A stretch of DNA of 64,000 bases, from the NCBI GenBank assembly GCA_963696385.1, contig CAVOKF010000005.1, positions 128,001-192,000 of the forward strand, written 5' to 3'. This DNA comes from an uncultured delta proteobacterium. GTDB lineage: Bacteria > Myxococcota_A > Polyangia > Polyangiales > Polyangiaceae. Every line of letters begins with the position of its first letter. Within the stretch, counting starts at the first letter, position 1. A model generated the notes under the pieces. It did no database searches and was not told the DNA's origin. It worked only from the letters and a program-made list of their open reading frames with translations. The position numbers and the translations under genes are program-made. Shown piece after piece: positions 10,110 through 20,840 of the stretch.

Positions 10110-11681
10110 TTACGGTGCGTTCCGGAGCCCGAGGTCTCGCAGGACGCGAACTGCGGCGTTGTGGCCCGCGCAGCCGATGACGCTGCCCGCCGGGTGAGTG
10201 CCCGCGCTGCACGAGTAGAGAGCCGCAATCGGTTGCGCATACGGTAAGCGATCGGCGAAGCCGAAGCTGTTGTCGACGTGATGGATGTGGCCACGTGTGA
10301 TGCCGAAGTGACTCTCGATCTTCGGTGGCGTGAGGGTAAACGTGTCGACGACGAGATCGCTCGTGCCCGGCGCGAAGCGGTCGCAGATCGAAAGCAGATG
10401 GCGTACGTAGCGCTCTTCTTCGTCGTCCCAGCTCCTCGTGCCGGAAAGGGCGTACGGAACCCACTGCACGAAAAGCGCTCCGCCGTGGTGACCGCGATCG
10501 TCGCGCAGGGTCGGATCGATGGTGGTATGCAGGTACCATTCAATTGCAGGAGATTCGGGAAGTCGGCCGGATCGAACATCGGCGAAGCCACGTTCGAGCG
10601 ATTCGATGACCTCGCGCTCTTCGGGGAGCAGATGAATCGTCGGCCCACCGAGGGCTTGCGGGGCCTCGAAGCCGACGCCGCAGGAGAACCGAGGAAGGCC
10701 GCGGAGTGCAAGGTTCACTTTGAGCGTTGTGCCATCGCGCTGGTATGCGTCGATGCGCGCGTTGTACGCTTCTGGAAAGCGAGACCGGCCCACGAGATCG
10801 CGCATCCGGAACGGGTCTGCGTTGCACAAGATTACAGTTGCGCGCATCTCTCTTCCGTCGTCGAGTTGAACGCCCCGAGCCGTTCCGCGCTCGACAACGA
10901 TTCGCTCGACTTTTCGCCCTGTCCGAATGATCACACCTGCGGCGCGGGCTAGGTCGGCGATGCGTTCTGCGACCGTTCCCATACCTCCCCGGACGATCAT
11001 GAACGCAGCTCCCGATCCGGGCAGCCTGCACATGTTGTGAACTAGAAAATTCATCCCGCTCCCGGGCGTGCTCCACGTTCCGCAGAGGCCCGATAGCCCA
11101 TCGGTCACGGCGTACATGGCGCGGAGCAAATCGCTGGCGAAGTCGAACCGATCCAAATACTGCCCGACCGAGCCCCGACAGAGCGCGACGAACGTTTCGC
11201 GCAGCGCGGGGCGTATGTAGCGGTCTGCTGTTTCGTCGATCGAACGTGGCTCGTCGAGCCACGCGGGTGCCACGTCCTCGCGTAGCTGCCCGAGCTCCGA
11301 TTGCAGCGCCTCATTGGCGCGCCAGTCGCGTTCCGAAAAAAATCGAAGAAGCTGCGATTTCATGGCGTCGCGGTCGGATCCGAAGAGGAGATATCGGTCT
11401 CCGGATGTGGGGAGAAAATAGTGAGGGTCGCGTCGCATGACGGGGATGTCGACGCCGAGCTTTGCGATGAGCTCGGGCGGCATGAGTCCGAGCAAATACG
11501 CTCCCGTCGAAGTGGCCAGCCCTGGGACCTTCGCGAACGGCCGCTCTGTCTTACATGCTCCTCCAACGGCATTCCGCTCCTCGACGACGGTGACGTCAAG
11601 CCCCGCTCGCGCGAGCAGTACCGCGGCAACCAGGCCGTTGTGTCCGGCACCAACGACGATCGCGCTCGGACCAGATGACAT
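10110..11681 (-). CDS. FAD-dependent oxidoreductase, phytoene-dehydrogenase-like family
   Basis: VVGAGHNGLVAA dinucleotide-binding motif, GGMG, C-terminal GTHPAGSVIG.AGHNAA. Confidence 0.85.
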   Translation of the reverse strand: MSSGPSAIVVGAGHNGLVAAVLLARAGLDVTVVEERNAVGGACKTERPFAKVPGLATSTGAYLLGLMPPELIAKLGVDIPVMRRDPHYFLPTSGDRYLLFGSDRDAMKSQLLRFFSERDWRANEALQSELGQLREDVAPAWLDEPRSIDETADRYIRPALRETFVALCRGSVGQYLDRFDFASDLLRAMYAVTDGLSGLCGTWSTPGSGMNFLVHNMCRLPGSGAAFMIVRGGMGTVAERIADLARAAGVIIRTGRKVERIVVERGTARGVQLDDGREMRATVILCNADPFRMRDLVGRSRFPEAYNARIDAYQRDGTTLKVNLALRGLPRFSCGVGFEAPQALGGPTIHLLPEEREVIESLERGFADVRSGRLPESPAIEWYLHTTIDPTLRDDRGHHGGALFVQWVPYALSGTRSWDDEEERYVRHLLSICDRFAPGTSDLVVDTFTLTPPKIESHFGITRGHIHHVDNSFGFADRLPYAQPIAALYSCSAGTHPAGSVIGCAGHNAAVRVLRDLGLRNAP

Positions 11682-11697
11682 CGGAGTATCGTCCGCG

Positions 11698-13137
11698 TTA
11701 GCTCCCGAGAAGCAGACGGAGCAGCCCGTTGGCAACAGTACCGTAGGGCGGACTCAGGAGTCCGCGGGTATGGATCCGCGACTGGAAAAACACGGGCTTT
11801 TTGTGAGTCAGCGCGTCGAAGCCCTCGCGTCCGCGGCATTGTCCCATCCCGCTTGGCCCGACCCCGCCGTAGGGCAAATCACTCTGCACGAATTGGAGTA
11901 GGGTCTCGTTGACCGCTACGCCCCCCGACTTCGTTCCCGTCAGGACGCGGTTGATGGATTCTCGATCGTGGCTGAAGTAGTAGAGCGCCACGGGGTGAGG
12001 GTGTGCGTTGACGTAAGCGAGCGCGTCGTCGAGCCGCGAATAGGTCTTGATCGGCAGCACCGGACCGAAGATCTCCTCCTGCATGCAGAGCATCTCGTCG
12101 GTGGGGTCGAGCACGAGTGTCGGCGCGAGCTTTCGCGCAGACGCATCGAGTGGTTCGCCCGCAGGGTTGATCTCGACGACTTCGGCACCACGCGCTTTGG
12201 CGTCGTCGACGTGACGCCTTAGGCGGACGTAGTGGGGATCGTTGACGATGGCCGTGTAGTCCGAATTCTTCTCCAGCCGCGGATACATCTCGGCGACGGC
12301 GCTTCGACACGCCTCCACGAACGGAAGCTTTGAGCTCAGCGGGACTAGCGCGTAGTCGGGCGCAACGCACGTTTGCCCCGCGTTGAAGGTTTTGCCCGCC
12401 ATGATGCGCGCCGCCGCCGTGCGTACGCTGAAGTCGGCTGCCACGATCGCGGGCGATTTTCCGCCGAGCTCCAACGTGACTGGCACGAGGTTCTCGCTCG
12501 CTGCGCGCATGACGAGCTTTCCGACGCGTGTGGACCCCGTGAACACGAGATGATCGAAGGGGAGTCGCGCGAACATTTCGCCGACCTGGGCGTCGCCCGT
12601 GACGACGGTCACGAGGTCGGCGGCGAACGTTGCGGCGACCAGGGCGCGAAGGAGCTCCGAGCTACGTGGAGAGAGCTCGCTCGGCTTGATCATGGCGCGG
12701 TTTCCGGCCGCAAGCGCGGCGACGAGCGGTGACAGGGCGGCCAGCCACGGATAGTTCCACGGCGAGATAATGCCCACCACCCCACGAGGTTGCTTGAGCA
12801 GCTCGCACCGCGACGGCAAGTTGCTCCAGTTCGCCACGCGGTCTTCCGGTTCCATCCAATCGCGAAGATGAAGCTTGGTATGTTTGATTGTGCCAAGTAT
12901 AGGGAATACATCTCCCATCAGCGACTCGTGCTTCGATCGGCCGCCGAAGTCGTTCGAAATTGCGTCGGCGATAGCGTCCTTCTGGGCGACGATCGCGCGC
13001 TGCAGTGCGTCGAGCGCGTCGATGCGCTCGTCGTGGGATAGGATGTGGGCTCGAGCCGCTTCTTTGAGGCTGACGAGGATGCCCGGCAGACAATCGGAAG
13101 GCGCGTGGTGGGTTTTCGATTCGGCGGCAGAGGTCAA
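11698..13137 (-). CDS. Aldehyde dehydrogenase, coniferyl-aldehyde dehydrogenase-like
   Basis: PWNYP, KPSE, FTGST, LELGGKSP, GQTCVAPDY, EEIFGP; TTG start preceded by AGGAG. Confidence 0.9.
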   Translation of the reverse strand: MTSAAESKTHHAPSDCLPGILVSLKEAARAHILSHDERIDALDALQRAIVAQKDAIADAISNDFGGRSKHESLMGDVFPILGTIKHTKLHLRDWMEPEDRVANWSNLPSRCELLKQPRGVVGIISPWNYPWLAALSPLVAALAAGNRAMIKPSELSPRSSELLRALVAATFAADLVTVVTGDAQVGEMFARLPFDHLVFTGSTRVGKLVMRAASENLVPVTLELGGKSPAIVAADFSVRTAAARIMAGKTFNAGQTCVAPDYALVPLSSKLPFVEACRSAVAEMYPRLEKNSDYTAIVNDPHYVRLRRHVDDAKARGAEVVEINPAGEPLDASARKLAPTLVLDPTDEMLCMQEEIFGPVLPIKTYSRLDDALAYVNAHPHPVALYYFSHDRESINRVLTGTKSGGVAVNETLLQFVQSDLPYGGVGPSGMGQCRGREGFDALTHKKPVFFQSRIHTRGLLSPPYGTVANGLLRLLLGS

Positions 13138-13339
13138 GCGTGGCTCCTGACGGACGCTCGCACGGCGCGGCGCGCGACCGGAGCCAGAATAGGGCCGATG
13201 GACCCGCTCGCAAGCTCCGGGTCTTTGAAGGCGACGAGCGAGTCCCAAGACGAAGACGTGCGGCCGAGTGCTCGCTTCGACTTTCTGCCGAACTCCTCAT
13301 TGCTCAAGCCTTGCCACCGTGTTACCTCGCCCTCAAGGC

Positions 13340-14209
13340 ATGGACTTCGTCGAAGCCCGGAATCTACCCGGGCACGTCGGCATCATCATGGATGGAAACG
13401 GGCGCTGGGCGCAGGTACGTGGCCAGCCACGTGCTGTCGGGCATCGCGAAGGCGCGAGCGCCGTTCGGCGCACGGTCCGAGCCGCCCGCCGCCTCGGGCT
13501 GCGCGCGCTCACGCTATACGCGTTTAGCGAACAAAACTGGGCCCGGCCCGAGGACGAGGTGGACGCGGTCATGCTTCTCTTGCGCGAATTCTTACTGAGC
13601 GAGCGCGATGAGATCCTGGACAACGGCATACGCCTGAACGCGGTAGGCAATCTCGGCCGTCTTCCGGCGCTCGTCCGAGCGGTGCTCGACCCGCTTCGCA
13701 CCGAAAGCGCACGCAACGATGAGATGACTCTGACGCTCGCGCTTTCTTATGGCGGGCGTGAAGAGATCGCGCACGCCGCACGCGAGCTGGCAATCGCGGT
13801 CGCGGCTGGCCGCATGCGCCCCGAGGAGGTGACCGCGGACGCGCTCCGCGCTCACATCCCGAGCGTATCGGTCGGTGATCCGGATCTCATCATCCGAACG
13901 GGCGGCGAGCGGCGCATCTCGAACTTCCTGCTTTACGGCTTGGCATACGCGGAGCTTCATTTTGCCGATGTGCTGTGGCCGGACTTCTGCGAACGAGATC
14001 TGTTCGCCGCCATTGCGAGCTTTCAGGGGCGCGAGCGGCGCTTCGGGCGCATCGGTGCGCCGGCGCACGCGGCTGAAGCTTCGACGCTGCATGCTGCGGG
14101 GCCTCCGTCACCCTCCGCCCACGAGCCCCTGCACGGCGGGACCTCGGTTGTGGCCGCCGGCTCCGCCGTTTCGCCCCCGTCCGGGACGATCGCGCCCATC
14201 GCGCTCTAG
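13340..14209 (+). CDS. uppS: Undecaprenyl diphosphate synthase, with a low-complexity C-terminal tail
   Basis: HVGIIMDGNGRWA, YAFSEQNW, YGGREEI, IRTGGERRISNFLL, RERRFG. Confidence 0.95.
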   Translation: MDFVEARNLPGHVGIIMDGNGRWAQVRGQPRAVGHREGASAVRRTVRAARRLGLRALTLYAFSEQNWARPEDEVDAVMLLLREFLLSERDEILDNGIRLNAVGNLGRLPALVRAVLDPLRTESARNDEMTLTLALSYGGREEIAHAARELAIAVAAGRMRPEEVTADALRAHIPSVSVGDPDLIIRTGGERRISNFLLYGLAYAELHFADVLWPDFCERDLFAAIASFQGRERRFGRIGAPAHAAEASTLHAAGPPSPSAHEPLHGGTSVVAAGSAVSPPSGTIAPIAL

Positions 14210-14211
14210 CA

Positions 14212-15048
14212 ATGGCCGCGAGGGCGTCGAACCTCGGGCTCCGGGTCGCTACGGCCGCCGTTGGCGTGCCGTTCATCCTCCTTCTGCTGTATGTCGCACC
14301 GGCCTGGGCCTTTTACACGCTCGTGTTGCCTGCGGCGCTGGTGGGGGTGCACGAGCTTTTCGCAATGACTCACCCGGGCGACCGTCAGACGCAAGCGGTC
14401 GGCGTGCTCATTTCGGCCGCCGCGTCGGCGACCGTTTACTTCGAAACGAGCAATCCACGCGCGCTGATCGCGGTGCTCACGCTCGTGCCCTTGGCCGGGC
14501 CGATAGCGACACTCTGCCGTCTCGGTGCGCTTGAAACGGCCGGGCTTCGAGCGTGCGCCCTGGGATTCGGCCCGCTTTTTGTTGCCGTGCCGCTGACTTT
14601 ATTGGCCGTGATGCGCCGCACGCTGGAACCGGGCGTCGGTGCGGGGGCGGCTCTTCTCGCGCTAGGGCTAGCATGGTTCGCGGATACGGGTGCGTACTTC
14701 GCGGGTCGCTTTCTCGGACGTCACAAGCTCTACGAGGCGGTCTCTCCGAACAAGACGATCGAGGGGGCCATTGGCGGGCTCTTTGCCGGCGTATTTTGGG
14801 CCGTGGCTGCATCGCTTTCCTACTTGGCGGGTGCTCTGCCGGTCGGGCATGCCGTGATCCTTGGCCTTGTGGCGGGCGCTCTTGGCCAGGCTGGAGATCT
14901 CGGCGAGTCGCTGCTCAAGCGATCGATGGGTGTAAAGGATTCGGGGGCGATTGTCCCGGGCCATGGGGGGGTCCTCGATCGCGTTGATGCGGTGATCGTA
15001 ACCGCCGTGATTGTGTATCTCTATGCGCAGTGGGCCTGGGGCGCCTGA
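14212..15048 (+). CDS. cdsA: Phosphatidate cytidylyltransferase
   Basis: DTGAYFAG, SPNKTIEG, GDLGESLLKR, KDSG..PGHGGVLDR. Confidence 0.95.
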   Translation: MAARASNLGLRVATAAVGVPFILLLLYVAPAWAFYTLVLPAALVGVHELFAMTHPGDRQTQAVGVLISAAASATVYFETSNPRALIAVLTLVPLAGPIATLCRLGALETAGLRACALGFGPLFVAVPLTLLAVMRRTLEPGVGAGAALLALGLAWFADTGAYFAGRFLGRHKLYEAVSPNKTIEGAIGGLFAGVFWAVAASLSYLAGALPVGHAVILGLVAGALGQAGDLGESLLKRSMGVKDSGAIVPGHGGVLDRVDAVIVTAVIVYLYAQWAWGA

Positions 15049-15143
15049 ACGGCTATCCTCAGGCTGCGGGCCGTGCGCAGGGAACTGCGCCGTTCCGCGC
15101 GGGTCATCATCCGCACTGACGCACCCTTGGATTTCCCACGAGG

Positions 15144-16526
15144 ATGACCCGACTCGTCGCACCGGAGCAAACGATGAACGAAAAGCTTTCGCCGGACCTG
15201 ACGGGTCCAAGTGTCGGGACGAGTGCGGTATCCACGGCGCCTCCCTCGAGGACGCACGGGGCCGCCGCCAAGGAGTACGATTTTTACAAGGTTGTCCAAG
15301 ATTATCTCGAGCGGGCCGGCCGGATCGCCAAGATCGAGCCTTACGTGCAAACGATCCTGAGCCAGCCGAAGAACGAACTGATCGTGAATTTCCCGGTCAG
15401 GATGGATAGCGGCGATGTGCGCCTCTTCAAAGGCTACCGGGTGCAGCACAACAATCTGCTCGGCCCATTCAAGGGGGGCATGCGCTATCACCCCCAGGTT
15501 GCGCTCGACGACGTAAAGGCCCTCGCCGCAATGATGACGTGGAAGTCGGCACTCATGCGGCTTCCCTTCGGCGGTGGCAAGGGCGGGATCAAGTTCGACC
15601 CTCACTCGGTGTCCAAGCAAGAGCTCCAGCGGATCACCCGCCGCTTCACGCACGCCCTCGGCGAGAACATCGGCCCCGAATACGACATTCCGGCGCCCGA
15701 CGTCGGGACGAACGGTCAGATCATGGCGTGGATGATGGACACGTTCTCGAATATGGTGGGCTCCGCGCAAAAGCAGATGGTCAAGGGCGTGGTCACCGGA
15801 AAACCCGTCGCGAGCGGCGGCACGCTCGGCCGTCAGAAGGCCACCGGCCAAGGCCTCGTCTTCTGTCTCCTTGAATGGGCGAAGGAAAAGGGCTTCAATC
15901 TCGAAGGCGCGACGATGCTTGTCCAGGGCTATGGGAATGTCGGCTCGAACACAGCGGTTATTCTCGCGAAGCTCGGGGTGTCGACCATCGCCGTCGGCGA
16001 CCACACGGGATACGCCTATAACCCGGAAGGGTTCAATGCGCATAAGCTTCAGGACTACGTCGAAGCGCACGGCAGTATCGGCGGCTACCCGGGAGGCAAG
16101 GCCATCACGCGCGAGGAGTTTTTTTCGACGAAGGCAGACATCTTCGCCCCGTGCGCACTGGAGAATCAGATCGGCGAAGCAGAGGCCAAGTCGCTGGACG
16201 TGAAGCTCGTCGTCGAAGGAGCCAATGGCCCGACCAACCCGGCCGGCGAGCGCATTTTGAGCGACAAGGGCGTCGACATCTTGCCCGATGTCCTCGCGAA
16301 CTCGGGTGGAGTGACCGTCAGCTACTACGAATGGGTGCAAAACAAGCGCTCCGAAATGTGGACGGAGGAGGAAGTCGACGCTCGACTCGAAGTCGCGATG
16401 AAGCGCGCATTCCGCGAAGTCAGCGATTTTGCGCGTCAGAAACGTTGCGACCTGCGCATCGCGGCATATGCGCTGGCCCTTCAGCGGATCGAGGCAGTTT
16501 ACAAAGAGCGTGAGATTTTTCCGTAA
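15144..16526 (+). CDS. gdhA: Glu/Leu/Phe/Val dehydrogenase (glutamate dehydrogenase)
   Basis: GPFKGGMRY, LPFGGGKGG, DIPAPD, GYGNVG, EGANGP, NSGGVTVSY. Confidence 0.92.
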   Translation: MTRLVAPEQTMNEKLSPDLTGPSVGTSAVSTAPPSRTHGAAAKEYDFYKVVQDYLERAGRIAKIEPYVQTILSQPKNELIVNFPVRMDSGDVRLFKGYRVQHNNLLGPFKGGMRYHPQVALDDVKALAAMMTWKSALMRLPFGGGKGGIKFDPHSVSKQELQRITRRFTHALGENIGPEYDIPAPDVGTNGQIMAWMMDTFSNMVGSAQKQMVKGVVTGKPVASGGTLGRQKATGQGLVFCLLEWAKEKGFNLEGATMLVQGYGNVGSNTAVILAKLGVSTIAVGDHTGYAYNPEGFNAHKLQDYVEAHGSIGGYPGGKAITREEFFSTKADIFAPCALENQIGEAEAKSLDVKLVVEGANGPTNPAGERILSDKGVDILPDVLANSGGVTVSYYEWVQNKRSEMWTEEEVDARLEVAMKRAFREVSDFARQKRCDLRIAAYALALQRIEAVYKEREIFP

Positions 16527-16578
16527 TCGGCCCACGTTCAGCCCATGTGGGGAATCTGGATCGCCACACGCTCATCGG

Positions 16579-18057
16579 CTAGAGCGGTCCGCCCCAAGCA
16601 ATCCCGTATACCGGGGTTTCGCCGCGGGACGTCAGGCTCGAGCCAACGATGCCCGCTGAGGGCCCGCCGAGGAGTCCAATGCGCTGCAGTTTGGCAGCCC
16701 CGAAGTCGCGTGTCAGCCACCATGCCCCCAGTCCGCCGCCGATGCTTCCGCCGATCGTCGTCGCGAGCCACCCGCGGGTTTTCGCCGGCGTTGCGTTCTG
16801 AAAGATGAGTGGGCTGCCGATTGCGGCGCCTATCAGTGCGCCACCGCCCACGCCGACATCGACCAGCAAAACCCGTGAAGGCGAGACGGTCACCTGCGTG
16901 GCAAGAGCACCGGCGGCTATGAGTCCGACGGCGGTGCCGTAACCCCCTCCCGAATACGCATTGGTTTGGCTCAACGTGGCGCCGCGGTAGAGAAGCTCCC
17001 CCGCACCACCGAGCAACAACCCAAACGTTCCTCCCGAGTGCACGAGCATCGCGTCCCCGTCGTCCATGGAAGTTCGGGCGATCGCCACGGTCGCCGCGGC
17101 AGCGCCAATCAGACCCCCGCCTACCCCCCAGGAGTAGCGGTCATCGAACGGTTGAATGTTGCGTCCGGCGGCGATCATGATCGCTGAAGCCGCACCCCAC
17201 CAGGCGCCTGCGGACAGTACCCACGCATCACCGGAGGTGAGGTCCCATTCGTCCGCCACGAGGAGTGCGGCACCGACGCCAATACCGGTTCCAAGGGCGA
17301 GGAGCGGATAGAGAACGCGGGGATCGGCGGAGCCGCTCGCGCGTTGTACGCTGAAGGCCGAGAATCCACCGAACAGTCCTGCGTTGACCGCGAGCACCGC
17401 GCGCCCTTGGGAGCGCAGCGGGCTCGTAATGCCTTGCGACGTTCCGCGCGCCGCTTTCTCGCGCTCTTGCTCGATGGCGGCCTGCGCCGCCGTGGCGGGT
17501 GACAGCAGGTCTCGGAGCATGACGAGACCGCGAACGCCGACCGAATCGGCGGGTACGGTCTCGACCCGCACTCGAAGCTCCCGCCCATTCGGCGGGACGA
17601 CGACGATGCGGGTGATGAATTCGCCGGTGCCGGCGCTCTCGATGCGCGGACTGACGACCCATGTTCCACCGTCCGGCGTCGCGCTTCCACCGGCGGCCCC
17701 CGCCGCTCGACCGATCAGATCCCCATCACGCGTGCGTCCCGGCGCAGGCCCCGTATCGGCGACGTAGAGAGTGAAGCCGAGATCTTGCACCGCGTCGCGC
17801 AATGTTGCGTCAAGCTCGAGCGCCCGTTCGTACACGTCCTTGTCGCCACTCGGCTGTGGCTTGTGAAGCGACGATGTGGTTGGAACGTCCCCAACCGGAG
17901 TCAATGTGGGCCATACGACGACCGGCGGTCGCGTCGTTCCATCGTCGGCGGCCGGGTGACCATCCTGTGCCTGCGACGTCGCCGGAGTGTCGGCGTCCGC
18001 AGTGGCTGGGCAGGCGAGCGCGAGGAATGCAACGGCAACGAGCAACGCAGATCGCAT
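16579..18057 (-). CDS. Hypothetical secreted/membrane protein with multiple Gly-rich transmembrane segments
   Basis: Long ORF with an N-terminal signal peptide and a hydrophobic Gly/Ala-rich C-terminal half. Confidence 0.7.
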   Translation of the reverse strand: MRSALLVAVAFLALACPATADADTPATSQAQDGHPAADDGTTRPPVVVWPTLTPVGDVPTTSSLHKPQPSGDKDVYERALELDATLRDAVQDLGFTLYVADTGPAPGRTRDGDLIGRAAGAAGGSATPDGGTWVVSPRIESAGTGEFITRIVVVPPNGRELRVRVETVPADSVGVRGLVMLRDLLSPATAAQAAIEQEREKAARGTSQGITSPLRSQGRAVLAVNAGLFGGFSAFSVQRASGSADPRVLYPLLALGTGIGVGAALLVADEWDLTSGDAWVLSAGAWWGAASAIMIAAGRNIQPFDDRYSWGVGGGLIGAAAATVAIARTSMDDGDAMLVHSGGTFGLLLGGAGELLYRGATLSQTNAYSGGGYGTAVGLIAAGALATQVTVSPSRVLLVDVGVGGGALIGAAIGSPLIFQNATPAKTRGWLATTIGGSIGGGLGAWWLTRDFGAAKLQRIGLLGGPSAGIVGSSLTSRGETPVYGIAWGGPL

Positions 18058-18447
18058 GCACGATGATTAGAACATCACGATGCGCATGGACCAAAGGTCC
18101 ACGGTCGCAAACGCCGTGCCCCGGGGAGTCGATCGTGACCGGAGCCCGATATCGGCGCCCGCAAGGAGGCTCGAAGTCGACGAATAATTCGCAATGTCCT
18201 CGTCCGCCGAAACGAAGCCCGCGAAAACCGATGCGCTTTCGCCCGAATCTCCGCGTATTTTTACGACTGGTTGAAACCGAGTACGATATCGGCGTCTGCT
18301 GGAATCGTGTTTGTCAAAAGCGTCGGCGACGGTGGTCGTCTCCGCCGCGTCGCTCACGAGCCGAAGTTCGCGGGCGCCGACTGGACCGTTGGGCCAATTG
18401 AGCCAAGGTCGACAGCGCGATCACACTGACGGCGGGCGACGGAGTCA

Positions 18448-18479
18448 CGCGCCAACGGTTGGCGCGAACGGGCCCCGTT
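18448..18479. terminator. Two short tandem hairpins just downstream of the 18488 stop; possible terminator
   Basis: cgcgccaa-cgg-ttggcgcg followed by aacgg-gcc-ccgtt; no clear U tract. Confidence 0.3.
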
Positions 18480-18487
18480 GCCGGTGC

Positions 18488-19501
18488 TCATCGTACCGGG
18501 ACTTCCGACCAAGCGGCGTCGGCGGCGGCAATCATCTCCGTCAATGACCTGACGTCATCGGACGACGGCAGAATTTGCAGTCTGAGTCGAGCGACTGCGC
18601 ACGAAGCGCGGGCGATGCGACGAGCCCGCACCTGTTCGGCCGCGTCTTCGCTAGGCTTGGCCGAATCGCCAATTCGGTCGAGAAGGGCGCGCGCGAGCGC
18701 TTGTGCCCCTGCCGCTCTTACGGAGCACCCATCGGCCGCCGCCCGGGCGCTGGCGAGCGGTGAGCGCGAGCTCGCGGGGACAATCCGAAGAATTCCTACG
18801 ATCCACCTTTGCCAAGGCTCTTCGCTTGTGTCGACCGGTCCCGCGTCTGCCGCGGGACCGGACTCCACGCGGGCGTCGTCGGTTGTCCACAGGAACCCGG
18901 TGCCGCTGGCGATGGCGGCCGTCGTCCCCTTTGGGCCGACGTCGATATTCAGCCTTGCGGCGACGTACCGTAGGACGCACACGGGCGTTACGATCCACTG
19001 TTCCGCCCCCGGAGTCTCGCCGCCACCTTCGGAGCTTTCGAATCGACCTGCCGCCAGCCAGGATTCCTCCCGTTGGCCGACACAGGGCCGCACTCGCCCT
19101 GAACCAAAGAAGGTGCTCTCGCGCGATGTGCGCGGGTCCTTCACCACCAGACGCGTCCCTGCGCCGAGGAGCAACCAGCCATTGCCGGGCGGTAGGACGT
19201 CGCTGGCCGTGACTGCTGCGCCAAGCAGCGGGTAGCTCGCGTCTGGCGTGACGTCCAGTCGTACGTCGCCGTCCGCGGCGATCACACGGCATGGATCGTG
19301 GGCCGTGCGTGATGAGTGCGGGGCGGCCCGTGTGAGTGAGCTCGACGACGGGGACGAAGGCCTCGTTGCGGCGGCATCCCCGGGGCTGACACGATCAGAG
19401 GGGGCACCGTGGCAAGCCGTCAGGAACCAGATCGGTGCCAACGGTCGCAGCCAATAGCGCTTCACGCGGATTGCATTCGGCCCCCGTCCACGTCGAGACA
19501 C
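18488..19501 (-). CDS. Hypothetical lipoprotein, possibly with a FecR-like beta domain (start uncertain)
   Basis: Lipobox-like LTAC, Ser-rich linker, WIVTP...LNIDV...GT pattern; lies 4 nt after the PP2C gene stop. Confidence 0.55.
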   Translation of the reverse strand: MSRRGRGPNAIRVKRYWLRPLAPIWFLTACHGAPSDRVSPGDAAATRPSSPSSSSLTRAAPHSSRTAHDPCRVIAADGDVRLDVTPDASYPLLGAAVTASDVLPPGNGWLLLGAGTRLVVKDPRTSRESTFFGSGRVRPCVGQREESWLAAGRFESSEGGGETPGAEQWIVTPVCVLRYVAARLNIDVGPKGTTAAIASGTGFLWTTDDARVESGPAADAGPVDTSEEPWQRWIVGILRIVPASSRSPLASARAAADGCSVRAAGAQALARALLDRIGDSAKPSEDAAEQVRARRIARASCAVARLRLQILPSSDDVRSLTEMIAAADAAWSEVPVR

Positions 19502-19505
19502 CCGT

Positions 19506-20840
19506 TCACCGCGCGATCGTTGGGAGGCCGGGCGGGATGGGATCGCTCTCGACCTCCGGAAATATCTCGGAAGTGACGTCCTCAGCGGCCAGCTCGCGTT
19601 TCATCTCATGGAGCTCGCTGTTGGTTTGGTCCAGCCGATCCGCCAGTACCCCGAGAAACTGCCACAGCATCTTGACGGCGACTTCGTGCTCTTTGCGGAG
19701 GATCTCGAAGAAATCTCCGCGACGGATCGCGATGAGATCCGTGGGACCGACGGCCGCGACGGTCGCCGAACGCGGCACGCTCCGGATGAGCGCCATTTCT
19801 CCGACATGCTCGCCCGGTCCGAGGTGCGTAAGTGTTTGGTCGCCGCGTGAGACACGAACCTGCCCTTCGAGCACGATGAAGAGCTCGTCGCCCTTGTCCC
19901 CCTCGCGAATGACAATTTCCCCACCCTTGAACTCGCGGACCTGCACCGCCTGCATCACGCGCAGGAGCTCCCGCTCGGTCAGCCGTGCGAAAAGCGGCAT
20001 GTTGGCGAGAACGTCGCGCTTGAGTGCGAGCCGCTTGGCCTGTGCGGCGTCCACCGCTCCTTCGGCCCCCACTTTCACGACGATCGTTGTGATGTTGTCG
20101 CGGCCACCGCGCGAATTGGCTAGGTCCACCAAGGACTTGACGCTGGCATCGCCATCGAGTGACAGCGGCCCGTCGAGCTCATCGGGCGATTGGAGGTAGC
20201 CGTGCAGCCCGTCGCTTGCGAGCACGAGCGTGTCTCCAGCGATGAGCTCGATGACCAGGGTATCGACCTCGACGCGTTCGTACACGCCGACCGCTCGGGT
20301 AATCGCGTTTTTTTGCTGCACCTTTTCGATTTGCTCACGAGTCAACTTGCCGCGCTTGATGAGCTCGTTATAGACAGTGTGATCTTCCGTCACTTGCTGC
20401 GTGCGGCCGCCGCGAGCGAGATACACGCGGCTGTCTCCTACGTGCGCGATGAATCCCTGGTGCCCAAGCACGAGGAGCGCACTTAGCGTCGTCCCCATTC
20501 CGCGCTTGTTCGGATCGTTGCTGGCCTCCTCGTGGATCTTTGAGCACGCGCGCTGAACTGCGTGCTCGAGAAGCGCAACGACGTCTCGAGCCGTGACCCG
20601 GTTCGCGCCGGTTGCCCCGGCAACATAGTCATCAAGAAGTTCTTTTTCGCGTCGGACCTCTTCGTGAACCGCGCGCACTGCCATGGCGCTCGCGACCTCA
20701 CCGGCCGCGTGACCGCCCATTCCGTCGGCAACGACAAAGAGCGACAGCTTCTTGTCGACCAGGAAATTGTCCTCGTTGTGATCGCGCAGCTTGCCGACGT
20801 CCGTCGCGGCGTAGAAGCGGAGAAAGTCGGTCGATGCCAT
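19506..20840 (-). CDS. PP2C (Stp1-like) Ser/Thr phosphatase fused to a cyclic-nucleotide-binding domain
   Basis: R.HNED, VADGMGG, HVGDSR, ASDGL, GGRDN; C-terminal GEMAL...PRSATV. Confidence 0.92.
   Translation of the reverse strand: MASTDFLRFYAATDVGKLRDHNEDNFLVDKKLSLFVVADGMGGHAAGEVASAMAVRAVHEEVRREKELLDDYVAGATGANRVTARDVVALLEHAVQRACSKIHEEASNDPNKRGMGTTLSALLVLGHQGFIAHVGDSRVYLARGGRTQQVTEDHTVYNELIKRGKLTREQIEKVQQKNAITRAVGVYERVEVDTLVIELIAGDTLVLASDGLHGYLQSPDELDGPLSLDGDASVKSLVDLANSRGGRDNITTIVVKVGAEGAVDAAQAKRLALKRDVLANMPLFARLTERELLRVMQAVQVREFKGGEIVIREGDKGDELFIVLEGQVRVSRGDQTLTHLGPGEHVGEMALIRSVPRSATVAAVGPTDLIAIRRGDFFEILRKEHEVAVKMLWQFLGVLADRLDQTNSELHEMKRELAAEDVTSEIFPEVESDPIPPGLPTIAR

Noticed and set aside
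15021..16535. 504-aa antisense ORF covering gdhA
   Set aside because: Antisense shadow of a biased high-GC gene; no recognisable motifs
18067..18440. Intergenic gap with a 96-aa minus-strand ORF
   Set aside because: No recognisable homology or RNA motif
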